Origin: Phormidesmis sp.
GTDB taxonomy: Bacteria > Cyanobacteriota > Cyanobacteriia > Leptolyngbyales > Leptolyngbyaceae
DNA length: 64,000 nucleotides
Assembly (NCBI GenBank): GCA_965248535.1
Contig: CBDFJR010000002.1
Coordinates: 1,312,001-1,376,000, forward strand
Direction of reading: 5' to 3'
Part shown: piece after piece, positions 39,457-48,748 of the stretch
How the letters are laid out: each line of letters begins with the position of its first letter
How positions within the stretch are numbered: position 1 is the first letter of the stretch
Notes under the pieces: generated by a model
Told to the model about the DNA's origin: nothing
The model's database searches: none
Seen by the model: the letters and a program-made list of their open reading frames with translations, nothing else
Position numbers and translations under genes: made by a program

Positions 39457-40079
39457 TACTTCACCCCAAAGCTTTGACGACTCAGCGATCGTCCTTCCAA
39501 AGACATTTGCACCTGCCACGTTCCTGCCGGAGAGCGGCTATCGAGTCGATAAAAACAGTAGGTTGTCCAGAGGGGGTTTTCGATCGGTTGAGTTTGGTAA
39601 TTGCTCTGCTGAACCACCTGCCCCGATGGATCGATCCAATCACAGGTGAGATGTAAGCGATCGCCCAGAGGCACCTCTTTAAGAGTGACTTGATAAAACA
39701 CTTGAGGATTTTTTTGGCGATCGACGAATTCTACATTCGCCGGACTGTTTTTTGTGAGGGTAATCCGACTTTGACCAGCCGAAATGCGGGCAATTGACTG
39801 CTGATATTGTTGATGAAAAATCGCTGCAGCTGCGATTCCACCCACGATCACGACAGCGATCGCGCTCCCAATCAACCAATTTCGTTTTTTCTGTCTTGCT
39901 AGTGCTTTACGTCGCGTTAACTGCGCGAGAGCATCGTCTAACAAATCATCGGGCAAGTTGAGTTCTTGCAAAATTTGTTTAACTTGCTCTGATGACAACT
40001 CTTCATCACGCTGTTTTGAAAGTTGCCCAACTTCGGCAACCACCTGAGCTAACTGCGTTTGGGTAAGACGAGTATCCAT
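39456..40079 (-). CDS. DUF3859-like single-TM protein
   Basis: N-terminal helical region, TM, Ig-like C-terminus ending GTWQVQMSLEGR..S...F.V. Confidence 0.75.
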   Translation of the reverse strand: MDTRLTQTQLAQVVAEVGQLSKQRDEELSSEQVKQILQELNLPDDLLDDALAQLTRRKALARQKKRNWLIGSAIAVVIVGGIAAAAIFHQQYQQSIARISAGQSRITLTKNSPANVEFVDRQKNPQVFYQVTLKEVPLGDRLHLTCDWIDPSGQVVQQSNYQTQPIENPLWTTYCFYRLDSRSPAGTWQVQMSLEGRSLSRQSFGVK

Positions 40080-40137
40080 AACAAAGACGAGATACGATCG
40101 CGGTTGTCCCTATTCATATCATGTCTAGCGATCGCTT

Positions 40138-40169
40138 AGATCTCCGCTTCTTAAAGAAGTCGGAGATCT
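40138..40169. repeat. Palindromic dispersed repeat, family B
   Basis: AGATCTCCGCTTCTTAAAGAAGTCGGAGATCT; a half copy follows; related copy at 52525. Confidence 0.7.
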
Positions 40170-40233
40170 TGGGAAAAGCCGGGGATCTGGGCAGGATTGC
40201 TTTACGATCGAGGCTTCTCTGCATCTATTAACT

Positions 40234-42009
40234 ATGTCTGCCGCTACCTCAAACCCTTTGCAACGCCTTTTGCACTACAGTCGCCCTCACCGCGCTCAAA
40301 TTTGGCAAGCCAGCGTTTGCTCAGTTTTGAACAAAATCTTTGATCTGGCACCTCCCTATCTGATTGGCATGGCCGTCGATGTTGTTGTCAAACGCGAGTC
40401 GTCTTGGATTGCAAAAGTCGGGTTCACCAGCATCATCGGACAGTTGGCCGTGTTATCGCTGCTGACCTTTGTGATCTGGAGTCTAGAATCGCTGTTTGAA
40501 TATGCCTACGATCGGCTCTGGCGCAACCTAGCCCAAACCTTGCAGCATGAGTTGCGACTCAACGCCTATAGCCATTTGCAAGAGCTAGAACTGAGCTTTT
40601 TTGAAGAGCAAAGCACCGGAACATTGTTATCCATTCTCAATGACGATATCAACCAATTAGAACGATTTCTTGACAGCGGAGCCAATGAGATTCTGCAATT
40701 TGTGACCACGATCGTGTTTGTGGGCGGCACATTTTTGGCCTTAGCACCGGGCGTTTCGTGGTTTGCCATGTTACCCATCCCATTTATTTTTTGGGGTTCG
40801 ATCGCGTTTCAAAAACGTCTCGCGCCCCGTTATGCCGATGTGCGACAAAAAGCCAGTTTGATTAACAGTCGATTAGCTAATAATTTATCTGGCATTGCCA
40901 CAATTAAGAGTTTTACGGCTGAAACCTATGAGCACGATCGGGTTGCCACTGAGAGCAATGCTTATCGCTCTAGCAATCGTCGCGCCATTGCCCTTAGCGC
41001 TGCCTTTGTGCCGTTGATTCGCATTATCATTTTGGTTGGCTTCACCGCAACCCTCTTTTTAGGCGGCATCGAAGCGGCCAACGGTCGGCTCTCAGTCGGC
41101 ACTTATGGGTTTATGGTATTCATCATTCAGCGATTGCTGTGGCCCTTCACCCGACTGGGGCAAACGATGGATCAATATCAGCGAGCGATGGCCTCAATCA
41201 GTCGCGTCATGAACTTATTGGATACCCCGATCGCGATTCCCACAGGTGATCGTTCCTTGCCCACTCAGCAAGTGCGCGGCGAAGTCGATCTCAACCACAT
41301 CACCTTTGCCTACCAGGGTCGCAGTCACGCCCTAGAAGACCTATCGCTCCACATCCCTGCCGGAGAAACGATCGGCATCGTCGGCGCAACCGGGTCAGGA
41401 AAAAGCACTCTGGTAAAACTGCTGCTGCGATTTTATGAGATTCAGCAGGGGCAAATCTTGCTCGACGGCATTGACATTCGTGAACTGCGGCTGCGTGATT
41501 TGCGTCGCTGCATCGGCTGGGTGAGTCAAGAAGTCTTTCTGTTTCACGGCACTGTTGCCGATAACATAGCCTACGGCAGTTTTGATGAAACGCGGGAAGA
41601 GATCATGCGATCGGCAAAACTAGCCGAAGCCCACGACTTTATTCAGGGGTTGCCCGATGGCTATGACACGATTATTGGCGAACGCGGTCAAAAACTGTCA
41701 GGCGGACAGCGCCAGCGCCTCGCGATCGCTCGTGCTCTGCTCAAAGATCCCCCAATTTTGATCCTCGACGAAGCCACCTCTGCGGTCGATAACGAAACCG
41801 AAGCAGCGATTCAGCGATCGCTAGAATACATCACTCAAAATCGCACCACGATCGCCATTGCCCATCGTTTATCTACAATCCGCCACGCCCACTGCATTTA
41901 TGTGATGGATGGCGGACGCGTCGTTGAGCAAGGCACCCACGAAACACTGCTTAACCAATCTGGCATTTATACGGCTCTGTGGCGGCTGCAATCGGGAGTC
42001 AAGGCTTGA
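40234..42009 (+). CDS. ABC exporter, fused permease and ATPase (MsbA/MdlB-like)
   Basis: 6-TM domain plus GATGSGKS, LSGGQRQR, ILDEATS. Confidence 0.95.
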   Translation: MSAATSNPLQRLLHYSRPHRAQIWQASVCSVLNKIFDLAPPYLIGMAVDVVVKRESSWIAKVGFTSIIGQLAVLSLLTFVIWSLESLFEYAYDRLWRNLAQTLQHELRLNAYSHLQELELSFFEEQSTGTLLSILNDDINQLERFLDSGANEILQFVTTIVFVGGTFLALAPGVSWFAMLPIPFIFWGSIAFQKRLAPRYADVRQKASLINSRLANNLSGIATIKSFTAETYEHDRVATESNAYRSSNRRAIALSAAFVPLIRIIILVGFTATLFLGGIEAANGRLSVGTYGFMVFIIQRLLWPFTRLGQTMDQYQRAMASISRVMNLLDTPIAIPTGDRSLPTQQVRGEVDLNHITFAYQGRSHALEDLSLHIPAGETIGIVGATGSGKSTLVKLLLRFYEIQQGQILLDGIDIRELRLRDLRRCIGWVSQEVFLFHGTVADNIAYGSFDETREEIMRSAKLAEAHDFIQGLPDGYDTIIGERGQKLSGGQRQRLAIARALLKDPPILILDEATSAVDNETEAAIQRSLEYITQNRTTIAIAHRLSTIRHAHCIYVMDGGRVVEQGTHETLLNQSGIYTALWRLQSGVKA

Positions 42010-42367
42010 TGGCGTGTTCTTGCAGCACTTCTAAGGCAACGACTTTGAGGGCCGCCTCGTGAGTGGCAGACAGCACGATCGGCGGCGCAATTCCAGCGTC
42101 AAGCGCCTGCTTCCAGCGAGACACACACAAACACCAGCGATCGCCAGGGTTTAACCCCGGAAACTCAAACATCGGCATCGGCGTGCTCAAGTCGTTTCCC
42201 TCTGCTTTGGTGTAGGCAAGAAACCCTTCGGTCACTTGGGCACAGACGACGTGAGTCCCGACATCTTGCGCCCCAGTTTCACAACAACCATTGCGAAAAA
42301 ACCCGGTCATCGGAGATGTGCTGCAAGTCTCCAAAGTTGTACCCAATACATTCTTCGCGTCTGTCAT
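41999..42367 (-). CDS. DUF2237 family protein
   Basis: NVLG..L..CS..PMTGFFRNGCC, GNDLSTP, PGDRWCLC. Confidence 0.92.
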   Translation of the reverse strand: MTDAKNVLGTTLETCSTSPMTGFFRNGCCETGAQDVGTHVVCAQVTEGFLAYTKAEGNDLSTPMPMFEFPGLNPGDRWCLCVSRWKQALDAGIAPPIVLSATHEAALKVVALEVLQEHAIKP

Positions 42368-42542
42368 CACCAAGGCTCCTAGCATCTGAGCGGGGAAGGT
42401 TCCGATACATTCTACCGCGCCGCCCAAAACTGACGTTTGTCTTTACCCTCTGATCGGTTGTTTTGATTCGTTAAGGTTTGAGGAGGATTTTAATTCACGG
42501 TTTGAGGCTATAACAAGCATCTCAGGATTCTCTACTCCAGGT

Positions 42543-42914
42543 TTACTTCTGCGAGAAGCATTGTTCGCCACTTTTCCGTTTGAATAATGCATCAAGCTGT
42601 TTCCCCAACGCAGTACTTTGCTCGATTTCTCGATTAGCGTATGTGCCAATCTGCATGATGAATTGGATCTCTTCAGGAGAGCGATGCCACTTAAGTCGAT
42701 TACACAGACTGCAAGCAGGCAAAAAATTATCTAAAGAGTTTTCACCTCCTTTAGCAAGGGGTTTAATATGATCAGCCGTCCAGCGCAAATCTAGCGCTCC
42801 TCCACAGATATGACACAACCCGCCTGTCTTTTGAAAAATTACGCTGCGTTCTTGAGCCGACGGGTTGCGACGACGCACAACGTAAGGATCAGGTTGCGAT
42901 ATAGGTATATCCAA
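42543..42914 (-). CDS. Stand-alone HNH endonuclease
   Basis: CHICG...DHIKPLAKGG.N.LDN.LPACSLCN..K. Confidence 0.85.
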   Translation of the reverse strand: MDIPISQPDPYVVRRRNPSAQERSVIFQKTGGLCHICGGALDLRWTADHIKPLAKGGENSLDNFLPACSLCNRLKWHRSPEEIQFIMQIGTYANREIEQSTALGKQLDALFKRKSGEQCFSQK

Positions 42915-43058
42915 TTTCTAAAGTGTCCAAAGCTTGACTTCTCTTTAAGCAAAGAGTGCCCCGTTAGGCAATCCTTTAACTGTCATTTGACCAGATGAGC
43001 GGCATTTCCAAAATGCTATCTACTCATAACTTTCAAATGACCTGTGATGAAAACATTT

Positions 43059-43151
43059 ATAGTGGTTCTCGGTTAAGTGCAGTAGATCTTTAATCTTGAA
43101 GCTATTGCTAGTTGAGGATTGGCTGTACTCCACTAGCTTAATAAGCGCTAT
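43059..43151. mobile_element. About 93-bp MITE-like element with imperfect terminal inverted repeats
   Basis: Left end ATAGTGGTTCTCGGTTAAGTGCAGTA versus reverse complement of right end ATAGCGCTTATTAAGCTAGTGGAGTA. Confidence 0.55.
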
Positions 43152-43226
43152 GTTCAATAACTAAAAAATACTTTGCGTCAAGCGGTAGACAAATAGAACG
43201 ATCGCCACCGCTTGATGCTCACCTTT

Positions 43227-43847
43227 CTAAGGAACGATCGCCAAAGGAGTCTTCAGCTTCAGCTTCACATCAGTTCCCTTTTTGAGATCCACTTCGCCCC
43301 CCGGACTCGACAACACAAACGCTGCTGCCGCCGCCCCACCTGCCAATCCGCCGTGCTTAAACTTGGTTTTGTCTCCAATAAAGTGACCCGCCACGGCTCC
43401 GCCCAAGACAATGCCTACATTTTGCAAAAACTTTCCTTTGGTTTGGCTTTCAACCTGCGTGTTGACCAGCGTGGCATCGATCGGATATTGACTGCCATCT
43501 TTAAGCACCACATCATCTAACACGAGATGCAAACTCGCCTTCTTGCCGCTCTGGGCCTTCACGACATCTTCTAAATGCCCCTGAATCTGAGCATCTTTGG
43601 GCAACCCATTTTTGACCTTGAGGGTGAACTGCTCTTGATCACGACTTTTGCCCGTCGAGATCTCTTGTTGAAGATCGGTGTCGATCGTGGTGCCTGCGGC
43701 GATCGTGACGGGTTGAACTTTGGTGTCTACGTTCGTGGCTTTTGTGCCGTCAGGGGCCATCGAAGCCGTGTCATTGGATTTGCTGCACGCGATCGCGCCA
43801 CTCAACAGCGTTGCACTGAGCAACAGAGACAAACACTTTTTTTTCAT
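43227..43847 (-). CDS. Hypothetical lipoprotein with glycine-zipper region
   Basis: Lipobox AIAC; GGAVAG and GGLAGGAA; beta-rich core. Confidence 0.75.
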   Translation of the reverse strand: MKKKCLSLLLSATLLSGAIACSKSNDTASMAPDGTKATNVDTKVQPVTIAAGTTIDTDLQQEISTGKSRDQEQFTLKVKNGLPKDAQIQGHLEDVVKAQSGKKASLHLVLDDVVLKDGSQYPIDATLVNTQVESQTKGKFLQNVGIVLGGAVAGHFIGDKTKFKHGGLAGGAAAAAFVLSSPGGEVDLKKGTDVKLKLKTPLAIVP

Positions 43848-43942
43848 GGTGATTTAGCTCACTAAATTCAATTGAATCCCCCTAGAATAAATCCCCCTGC
43901 CAGAAGCGGCTCAACTATTTTTAGAGTGAAGGTGATCATTCC

Positions 43943-43969
43943 AAAAAAAAGGAGCCTCAAAGAGACTCC
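43943..43969 (-). terminator. Intrinsic terminator after rplL
   Basis: Minus strand GGAGTCTC-TTT-GAGGCTCC followed by T8. Confidence 0.85.
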
Positions 43970-43999
43970 AACATCATCAGAAAATCTACCCGAAATCGA

Positions 44000-44386
44000 T
44001 TATTTAATCGAAACCTTACCGCCGACTTCTTCGATTTGCTTCTTGATATCTTCAGCTTCAGCCTTGGCAACGCCTTCTTTCAGCGCTTTGGGTGCCGCTT
44101 CAACAAGATCCTTAGCTTCCTTCAGACCTAGCCCGGTGATCACCCGAACAACCTTGAGAATTGCAATCTTCTTGTCAGCAGGCACATCGTCTAAGACCGC
44201 GCTAAACTCGGTCTGCTCTTCGACTTCTTCAGCCGGAGCCGCAGCACCCGGAGCCATCATCATCATGCCACCAGCCGGAGCCGCCGCACTCACGCCAAAG
44301 GTCTCCTCGATTTGCTTGACCAGATCAGCCGCTTCCAGCAGGGTCAAACCTTTTAACTTGTCAATAATTTCGTCAACAGCAGCCAT
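44000..44386 (-). CDS. rplL: 50S ribosomal protein L7/L12
   Basis: [35 protein letters not shown]. Confidence 0.98.
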   Translation of the reverse strand: MAAVDEIIDKLKGLTLLEAADLVKQIEETFGVSAAAPAGGMMMMAPGAAAPAEEVEEQTEFSAVLDDVPADKKIAILKVVRVITGLGLKEAKDLVEAAPKALKEGVAKAEAEDIKKQIEEVGGKVSIK

Positions 44387-44472
44387 GAGATTACTCCTAA
44401 GATTCTAGATTGTGAACATTGGACTTTGAATCGAGTTTCCAGTGCAGAATTCGCAACTCAAAATTCATTTTC

Positions 44473-45000
44473 TTAAGCAGATTCCTTCTCAGAAATTTGC
44501 TTGATGGCGCGTGCCAAACCAGACGGCACTTCGTTGATGCCCACTGCCAGTTGAGTGGCGACACCGTTGATCGCGCCCGCAATTTGTGCCAGAAGCTGCT
44601 CTTTAGAAGGCAGATCAGCGATCGCTTTCAAATCTTCCTCAGTCAGCAGTTTGCCGTCCATCACGCCGCCGCGAATTTCGGTTTTTTTGCTGGCTTTTTG
44701 GAACTCTTGATACGCCTTGATTGCGCCGCCCAGGTCATCTTTGACCATGACAAACGCTGAGTCGCCCTTGAGAATTTCACCCACGGCTTGCCAGCGATCG
44801 TCGTCTTGGACTGCGATGCCCATAAACGTGTTTTTCGTCACCTTGCAGCTTGCGCCTTTAGGACGAAGACGGTTCCGCAAATCACCGATTTCACGCACGC
44901 TCAAACCTCGATAGTTGACGATAAACATCAACTGAGATTCGTCTAGTGATTGCTTGAGATCGGCAACGATTTGCCTTTTGTTTTCTGGCGTTCTACCCAC
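44473..45000 (-). CDS. rplJ: 50S ribosomal protein L10
   Basis: YRGLSV, KVTKNT, LPSKEQLLAQIAG; operon context. Confidence 0.97.
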   Translation of the reverse strand: MGRTPENKRQIVADLKQSLDESQLMFIVNYRGLSVREIGDLRNRLRPKGASCKVTKNTFMGIAVQDDDRWQAVGEILKGDSAFVMVKDDLGGAIKAYQEFQKASKKTEIRGGVMDGKLLTEEDLKAIADLPSKEQLLAQIAGAINGVATQLAVGINEVPSGLARAIKQISEKESA

Positions 45001-45059
45001 TCGAAATCACCTCCTTAAATTGGGGTTCTGTCCCTTGCTTTGCTCTCACTGTCTAGCCA

Positions 45060-45195
45060 AAAACAAACCCCGACAGTTAAATGCCGGGGTGAAGTATGTT
45101 TTAATCTCAGCGCAACAGTTGTGCATCTGGGATGTTAGAAAACAAACCTCGGCAGGAATTTATGCTTAACGCACCTGCTGTCTCCGGCTTAGTTA
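45060..45195 (-). promoter_or_regulatory. L10 leader (r-protein autoregulatory RNA) with hairpin
   Basis: Minus strand CCGGAGACAGCAGGTG...TAA...CCTGCCGAGG, then CCCCGGCA-TTTAAC-TGTCGGGG-TTT upstream of rplJ. Confidence 0.8.
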
Positions 45196-45246
45196 TTCAG
45201 TTTGAGCAAATTTTTCTGGTGCCGTTCTCCTGATTGAAGACTTGAT

Positions 45247-45960
45247 TTATGCAGCGTCTCCTAGTTTAAAGTCACGCAGGGCATTAATGTCAACCTCGAT
45301 CGAGGGCCCCATCGTCGAAGAGATGTAAACACTCCGCCAATAGCGACCTTTCGCGCCCGCAGGACGGTTGCGATCGATGGTTTCTTGCAGCGCTTTCAGG
45401 TTCTCCATCAAGTCTTCTGCCGAGAACGCAGCTTTGCCAAACAAGACGTGAACAATCCCCGTTTTGTCGGCCCGAAACTCTAGTTTTCCGGCTTTAAACT
45501 CAGCGATCGCCGGCCCTAAATCATAGGTGACAGTGCCCCCCTTAGGAGACGGCATCAAACCACGCGGGCCCAAAACCCGACCAAGCTTTGCCACTTGGGG
45601 CATCATATCAGGAGTCGCAATCAGTAGATCAAAATCCATCATCCCTTTTTGGATTTCGTCGATCAATTCTTCAGATCCGGCGATGTCTGCGCCCGAAACG
45701 GTGGCTTCATTGACCTTTTCGCCTCGTGCAATCACAGCAACGCGAATGGTTTGACCCGTTCCTTTGGGGAGCGATACCGTTGTTCTCAACTGTTGGTCAG
45801 CATACTTCGGGTCAATGCCCAGACGCACATGCGCTTCGGCCGACTCTGCAAACTTTGCAGTTGCCGTCTCTTTTAGGAGATTGAGCGCCTCTACGGGATC
45901 GTAGGCACGTTCTTCAACCTTCCCCTGCAATTCTTTGAGTCTTCGAGATACCTTTTTCAT
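45247..45960 (-). CDS. rplA: 50S ribosomal protein L1
   Basis: [34 protein letters not shown]. Confidence 0.98.
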   Translation of the reverse strand: MKKVSRRLKELQGKVEERAYDPVEALNLLKETATAKFAESAEAHVRLGIDPKYADQQLRTTVSLPKGTGQTIRVAVIARGEKVNEATVSGADIAGSEELIDEIQKGMMDFDLLIATPDMMPQVAKLGRVLGPRGLMPSPKGGTVTYDLGPAIAEFKAGKLEFRADKTGIVHVLFGKAAFSAEDLMENLKALQETIDRNRPAGAKGRYWRSVYISSTMGPSIEVDINALRDFKLGDAA

Positions 45961-46023
45961 GTCGCTTTATTGGGGTCGCTAACGAGGAACGTCCTCTCCC
46001 CCATAAATAATGTGGTCGATGTC

Positions 46024-46449
46024 TTAAGCGCTAACAGTGATGCCCATGTTTTTAGCCGTGCCTTCGATGATTTTCATCGCGGCTTCGATGTCATTGGCGT
46101 TGAGGTCAGGCATTTTGGTCTTAGCAATGTCTTCTAACTGGGCACGAGTGATTGACCCGACTTTTTTACGGTTGGGTTCACCTGAGCCAGTCTCAATTCC
46201 CGCCGCTTTTGCAATCAACTTAGACGCAGGAGGCGTTTTGAGAATGAAGGTGAAACTGCGATCTTCATAGACTGAAATTTCTACCGGAACCACCATACCT
46301 GCCTGGTCAGCAGTTCTGGCGTTATATTCCTTGCAGAACATCATGATATTGACCCCGTGCTGACCTAGCGCGGGACCGATCGGAGGGGCTGGGTTTGCTT
46401 TTCCAGCGTTAATGGCTAACTTAATAACCGCCGCAACTTTTTTTGCCAT
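46024..46449 (-). CDS. rplK: 50S ribosomal protein L11
   Basis: [22 protein letters not shown]. Confidence 0.98.
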   Translation of the reverse strand: MAKKVAAVIKLAINAGKANPAPPIGPALGQHGVNIMMFCKEYNARTADQAGMVVPVEISVYEDRSFTFILKTPPASKLIAKAAGIETGSGEPNRKKVGSITRAQLEDIAKTKMPDLNANDIEAAMKIIEGTAKNMGITVSA

Positions 46450-46476
46450 CGATCGTGATCTCTTTGAGAATTCAAA

Positions 46477-47121
46477 TTAAACTTTCTGAACCTGATTGAC
46501 TTCCAACTCGACGGGGGTGTCCCGCCCGAAGATCGAAAGCAGCGCTTTGAGTTTATTACGCTCACCGCTCACCTCAATCACTTCGCCTTCAAAGTCCTTA
46601 AACGGACCCGAAAGCACGACGATCTTATCGCCTGCCGCCATGTCAATCTTTCTGACTGGCTCCTGTCCTTGGGCCTGTTTGAAGATGCGCTCAACTTCTG
46701 AGTGACCCAAAGGCATTGGTTTGACGTGGCCCCGACCACGACCGTAGCGGCGCTTTTGCTCTGCGCCAACAAAGTTAATCACATTGGGCGTGTTTTTGAT
46801 CACCTGCCAAGTGTCGTCATCCATTAACATTCGCACCAAGACATAGCCCGGAAAGACTTTTTCAGCCCCTTCTTTAGACTTGCCATCTTTTTGAGGTCTC
46901 AAGACGGGTGTTTCGGGGATCTGAACGTCTAAAATGCGATTGGCGACATCCAAGGTTTGAATGCGCTGCTCTAAGTTGGCTTTGACGCGCTTTTCACAGC
47001 CCGATGCAACCTGCACCGCATACCATCGGGCTTTTTCTAGCTGGACATTTTCTTCAGGGTTTTCTTCCGCCGCACTATAGGGCTGATTTAAGTCTTTTGA
47101 CTCGTCTGATGTAAAAGTCAT
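46477..47121 (-). CDS. nusG: Transcription termination/antitermination factor NusG
   Basis: WYAVQV, FPGYVLV, KOW motif SGPFKDFEG, IFGRDTPVEL. Confidence 0.97.
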   Translation of the reverse strand: MTFTSDESKDLNQPYSAAEENPEENVQLEKARWYAVQVASGCEKRVKANLEQRIQTLDVANRILDVQIPETPVLRPQKDGKSKEGAEKVFPGYVLVRMLMDDDTWQVIKNTPNVINFVGAEQKRRYGRGRGHVKPMPLGHSEVERIFKQAQGQEPVRKIDMAAGDKIVVLSGPFKDFEGEVIEVSGERNKLKALLSIFGRDTPVELEVNQVQKV

Positions 47122-47342
47122 CCAAACACCTTCACCTGCGCCCATTGAAAGAGTTGATCGACCAGGTAGATAAGGGTTGCAGAGAGGGTGACCATCAAAA
47201 TTACCGCCACTGACTCACTGATAAGCTGCTGTCGGCTAGGCCACACCACCTTGTCCAATTCTTCTCGCGTTTCTTGGATAAAGGCGTTGGGGTTAAAGGT
47301 TGCCTTCTGCTCTGGAATGGTTGCTTCGTCTTTTTTTGCCAC
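47118..47342 (-). CDS. secE: Preprotein translocase subunit SecE
   Basis: EELDKVVWPSRQQL plus TM; lies between tRNA-Trp and nusG. Confidence 0.95.
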   Translation of the reverse strand: MAKKDEATIPEQKATFNPNAFIQETREELDKVVWPSRQQLISESVAVILMVTLSATLIYLVDQLFQWAQVKVFG

Positions 47343-47456
47343 AGTTCCTAAGCGCTCCCGTCAGGTTAATGAATGAGTGGTTTACACCCCTGTAGGCTTG
47401 ATGATCTAACCTGGAGGAAACCATGAATCTGGTGGCTCTAAACCAGAATAGTTCAG

Positions 47457-47529
47457 CGCGCCCTGGAGGACTTGAACCCCCGACATCAGGTTTTGGAGAC
47501 CTGCGTTCTACCAACTGAACTAAGAGCGC
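47457..47529 (-). tRNA. trnW: tRNA-Trp (CCA)
   Basis: GCGCTCTTAGTTCAGTTGGTAGAACGCAGGTCTCCAAAACCTGATGTCGGGGGTTCAAGTCCTCCAGGGCGCG; cloverleaf with anticodon CCA. Confidence 0.97.
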
Positions 47530-47635
47530 ACAAGCCGAACCGATCGCATTGCCACTTGTCTAGTCTAGCAGCTATTGGCAGTTTAGCTTTTAGCGATTAG
47601 TGATTGTGAAGGACTAACCGCTAGAAGCTGATTGC

Positions 47636-47998
47636 TTAGAGCGGACGATCGAAGCGTTGCTTGAGGCGGGTGGCCTTGCCGACGCGATCGCGCAAATAAT
47701 AAAGCTTGGCCCGACGAACTCGACCGCGACGCAGCACCTTGATGCTCTCAATGCGGGGAGAGTGCATTAGAAAAACCCGCTCTACGCCCACGTTTTGAAA
47801 GACGCGGCGAACGGTAATGTTTTGACTAATTCCTGCGCTGCCTTTGGCGATGATCACCCCTTCATAGGGCTGAGTTCGCTCTTTGTCGCCCTCTTTAATT
47901 TTGACACCCACGCGAACAGTGTCGCCCACATGGAGGATGGGAAGGTCTGATTTCATTTGTTCCGCTTCGATCGAGCGGATCAGTTCCTGCGCTTTCAT
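47636..47998 (-). CDS. rplS: 50S ribosomal protein L19
   Basis: [30 protein letters not shown]. Confidence 0.98.
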   Translation of the reverse strand: MKAQELIRSIEAEQMKSDLPILHVGDTVRVGVKIKEGDKERTQPYEGVIIAKGSAGISQNITVRRVFQNVGVERVFLMHSPRIESIKVLRRGRVRRAKLYYLRDRVGKATRLKQRFDRPL

Positions 47999-48164
47999 AG
48001 GGCTTCAAAAAACTCACAATTGCTTAGTGTAGCTGAGGGGTCAGTTTCTCGTCTAGAGGCTAGCCCGAATCTTATCTTAACTGACTAGGTGACATCTGTG
48101 CAGAAATCTTAGCGCCGAGGGATCTGAAGGGACAGGATTCGCTATCTTTTATGGGCGGCACTGC

Positions 48165-48736
48165 TGGGGTTGACGATCGCTCGTCTGCTCAGGGGGCGTG
48201 GGGAGATGGTGAAACTCTGACCGCTGAACCTGAAGGAGGCTAGACTTTAAGCTAGGGATCGTCTTGGTTTGCTCACGCCCGCTGAAACAGGGGCACGGTG
48301 GTGCCATAGCTTAAGTCACCCTTCAGAACGGTTCATAGTTTATTTCATTGTGTCACTGGGAAACCTAATCCCCTTGTGGGTTGGGAGGGATAGGTGCGCT
48401 TGCTGGTGGGGTTCAATACCCCGGAAGCAAGCAATAATCCTTGCTACTAACAGACTGTTTTTTGGTACAATCGAACTCATGACAAGCCCACTCCTTTAAT
48501 AAAGGCACGACCTGCAAGACTACGCACTACAGGGGATACAGTTTCAGAAGCTCCGGCTTTTTGGGAGAGAGGGATGAGAACACCAGGTTGTTGCTCCTTG
48601 CGAAAAAATTAAATACTCCGGGCTGCGGTCAATCAGCCTACTGCGCTCCGACTTCTAGACGGCTAGATGGATGTGGAAGTGCAAGCCTCATCCCCTTGTG
48701 GGTGAGGTAGTTGACTCACCTGACGATTGACTTCAC
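48165..48736 (+). ncRNA. ssaA: Probable 6S RNA, about 48165-48348 plus 48716-48736, interrupted by an IS605-type element
   Basis: Rod-like pairings TGAACC/GGTTCA, TGAAGG/CCTTCA and ACTTTAAGCTA/TAGCTTAAGT; closing-stem partner CCTGACGA lies beyond the insertion; resemblance to cyanobacterial 6S RNA is from memory; ends approximate. Confidence 0.65.
48349..48715 (+). mobile_element. 367-bp non-autonomous IS200/IS605-family element (PATE) with no tnpA or tnpB
   Basis: Matching subterminal hairpins CCTAATCC-CCTTGT-GGGTTGGG and CCTCATCC-CCTTGT-GGGTGAGG; guide GAAA matches flanking TCAT and guide CAAG matches terminal TGAC; no target-site duplication. Confidence 0.85.
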
Positions 48737-48748
48737 AGGGTTTTGAGT

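Noticed and set aside
39457..39519. 64-nt overlap between the AsnB-like and DUF3859-like genes
   Set aside because: A better start at ATG 39456 gives a standard TAATG coupling.
43847..44000. Absence of rpoB after rplL
   Set aside because: This is the normal arrangement in cyanobacteria.
43872..46772. Plus-strand ORFs antisense to the ribosomal protein genes
   Set aside because: They are shadow ORFs caused by codon bias of highly expressed genes; the same applies to most short overlapping ORFs in the track.
47293..47514. 73-aa ORF MVERRSPKPDVGGSSPP
   Set aside because: It is a translation of the tRNA-Trp gene.
48269..48499. 76-aa ORF
   Set aside because: It spans the structured RNA and the IS left end, starts with TTG and shows no protein-like features.
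48349..48715. Group I intron or IStron within the RNA gene
   Set aside because: The element ends in TGAC rather than a terminal G, and no P7 core could be recognised by eye; a covariance search would be needed to exclude it fully.
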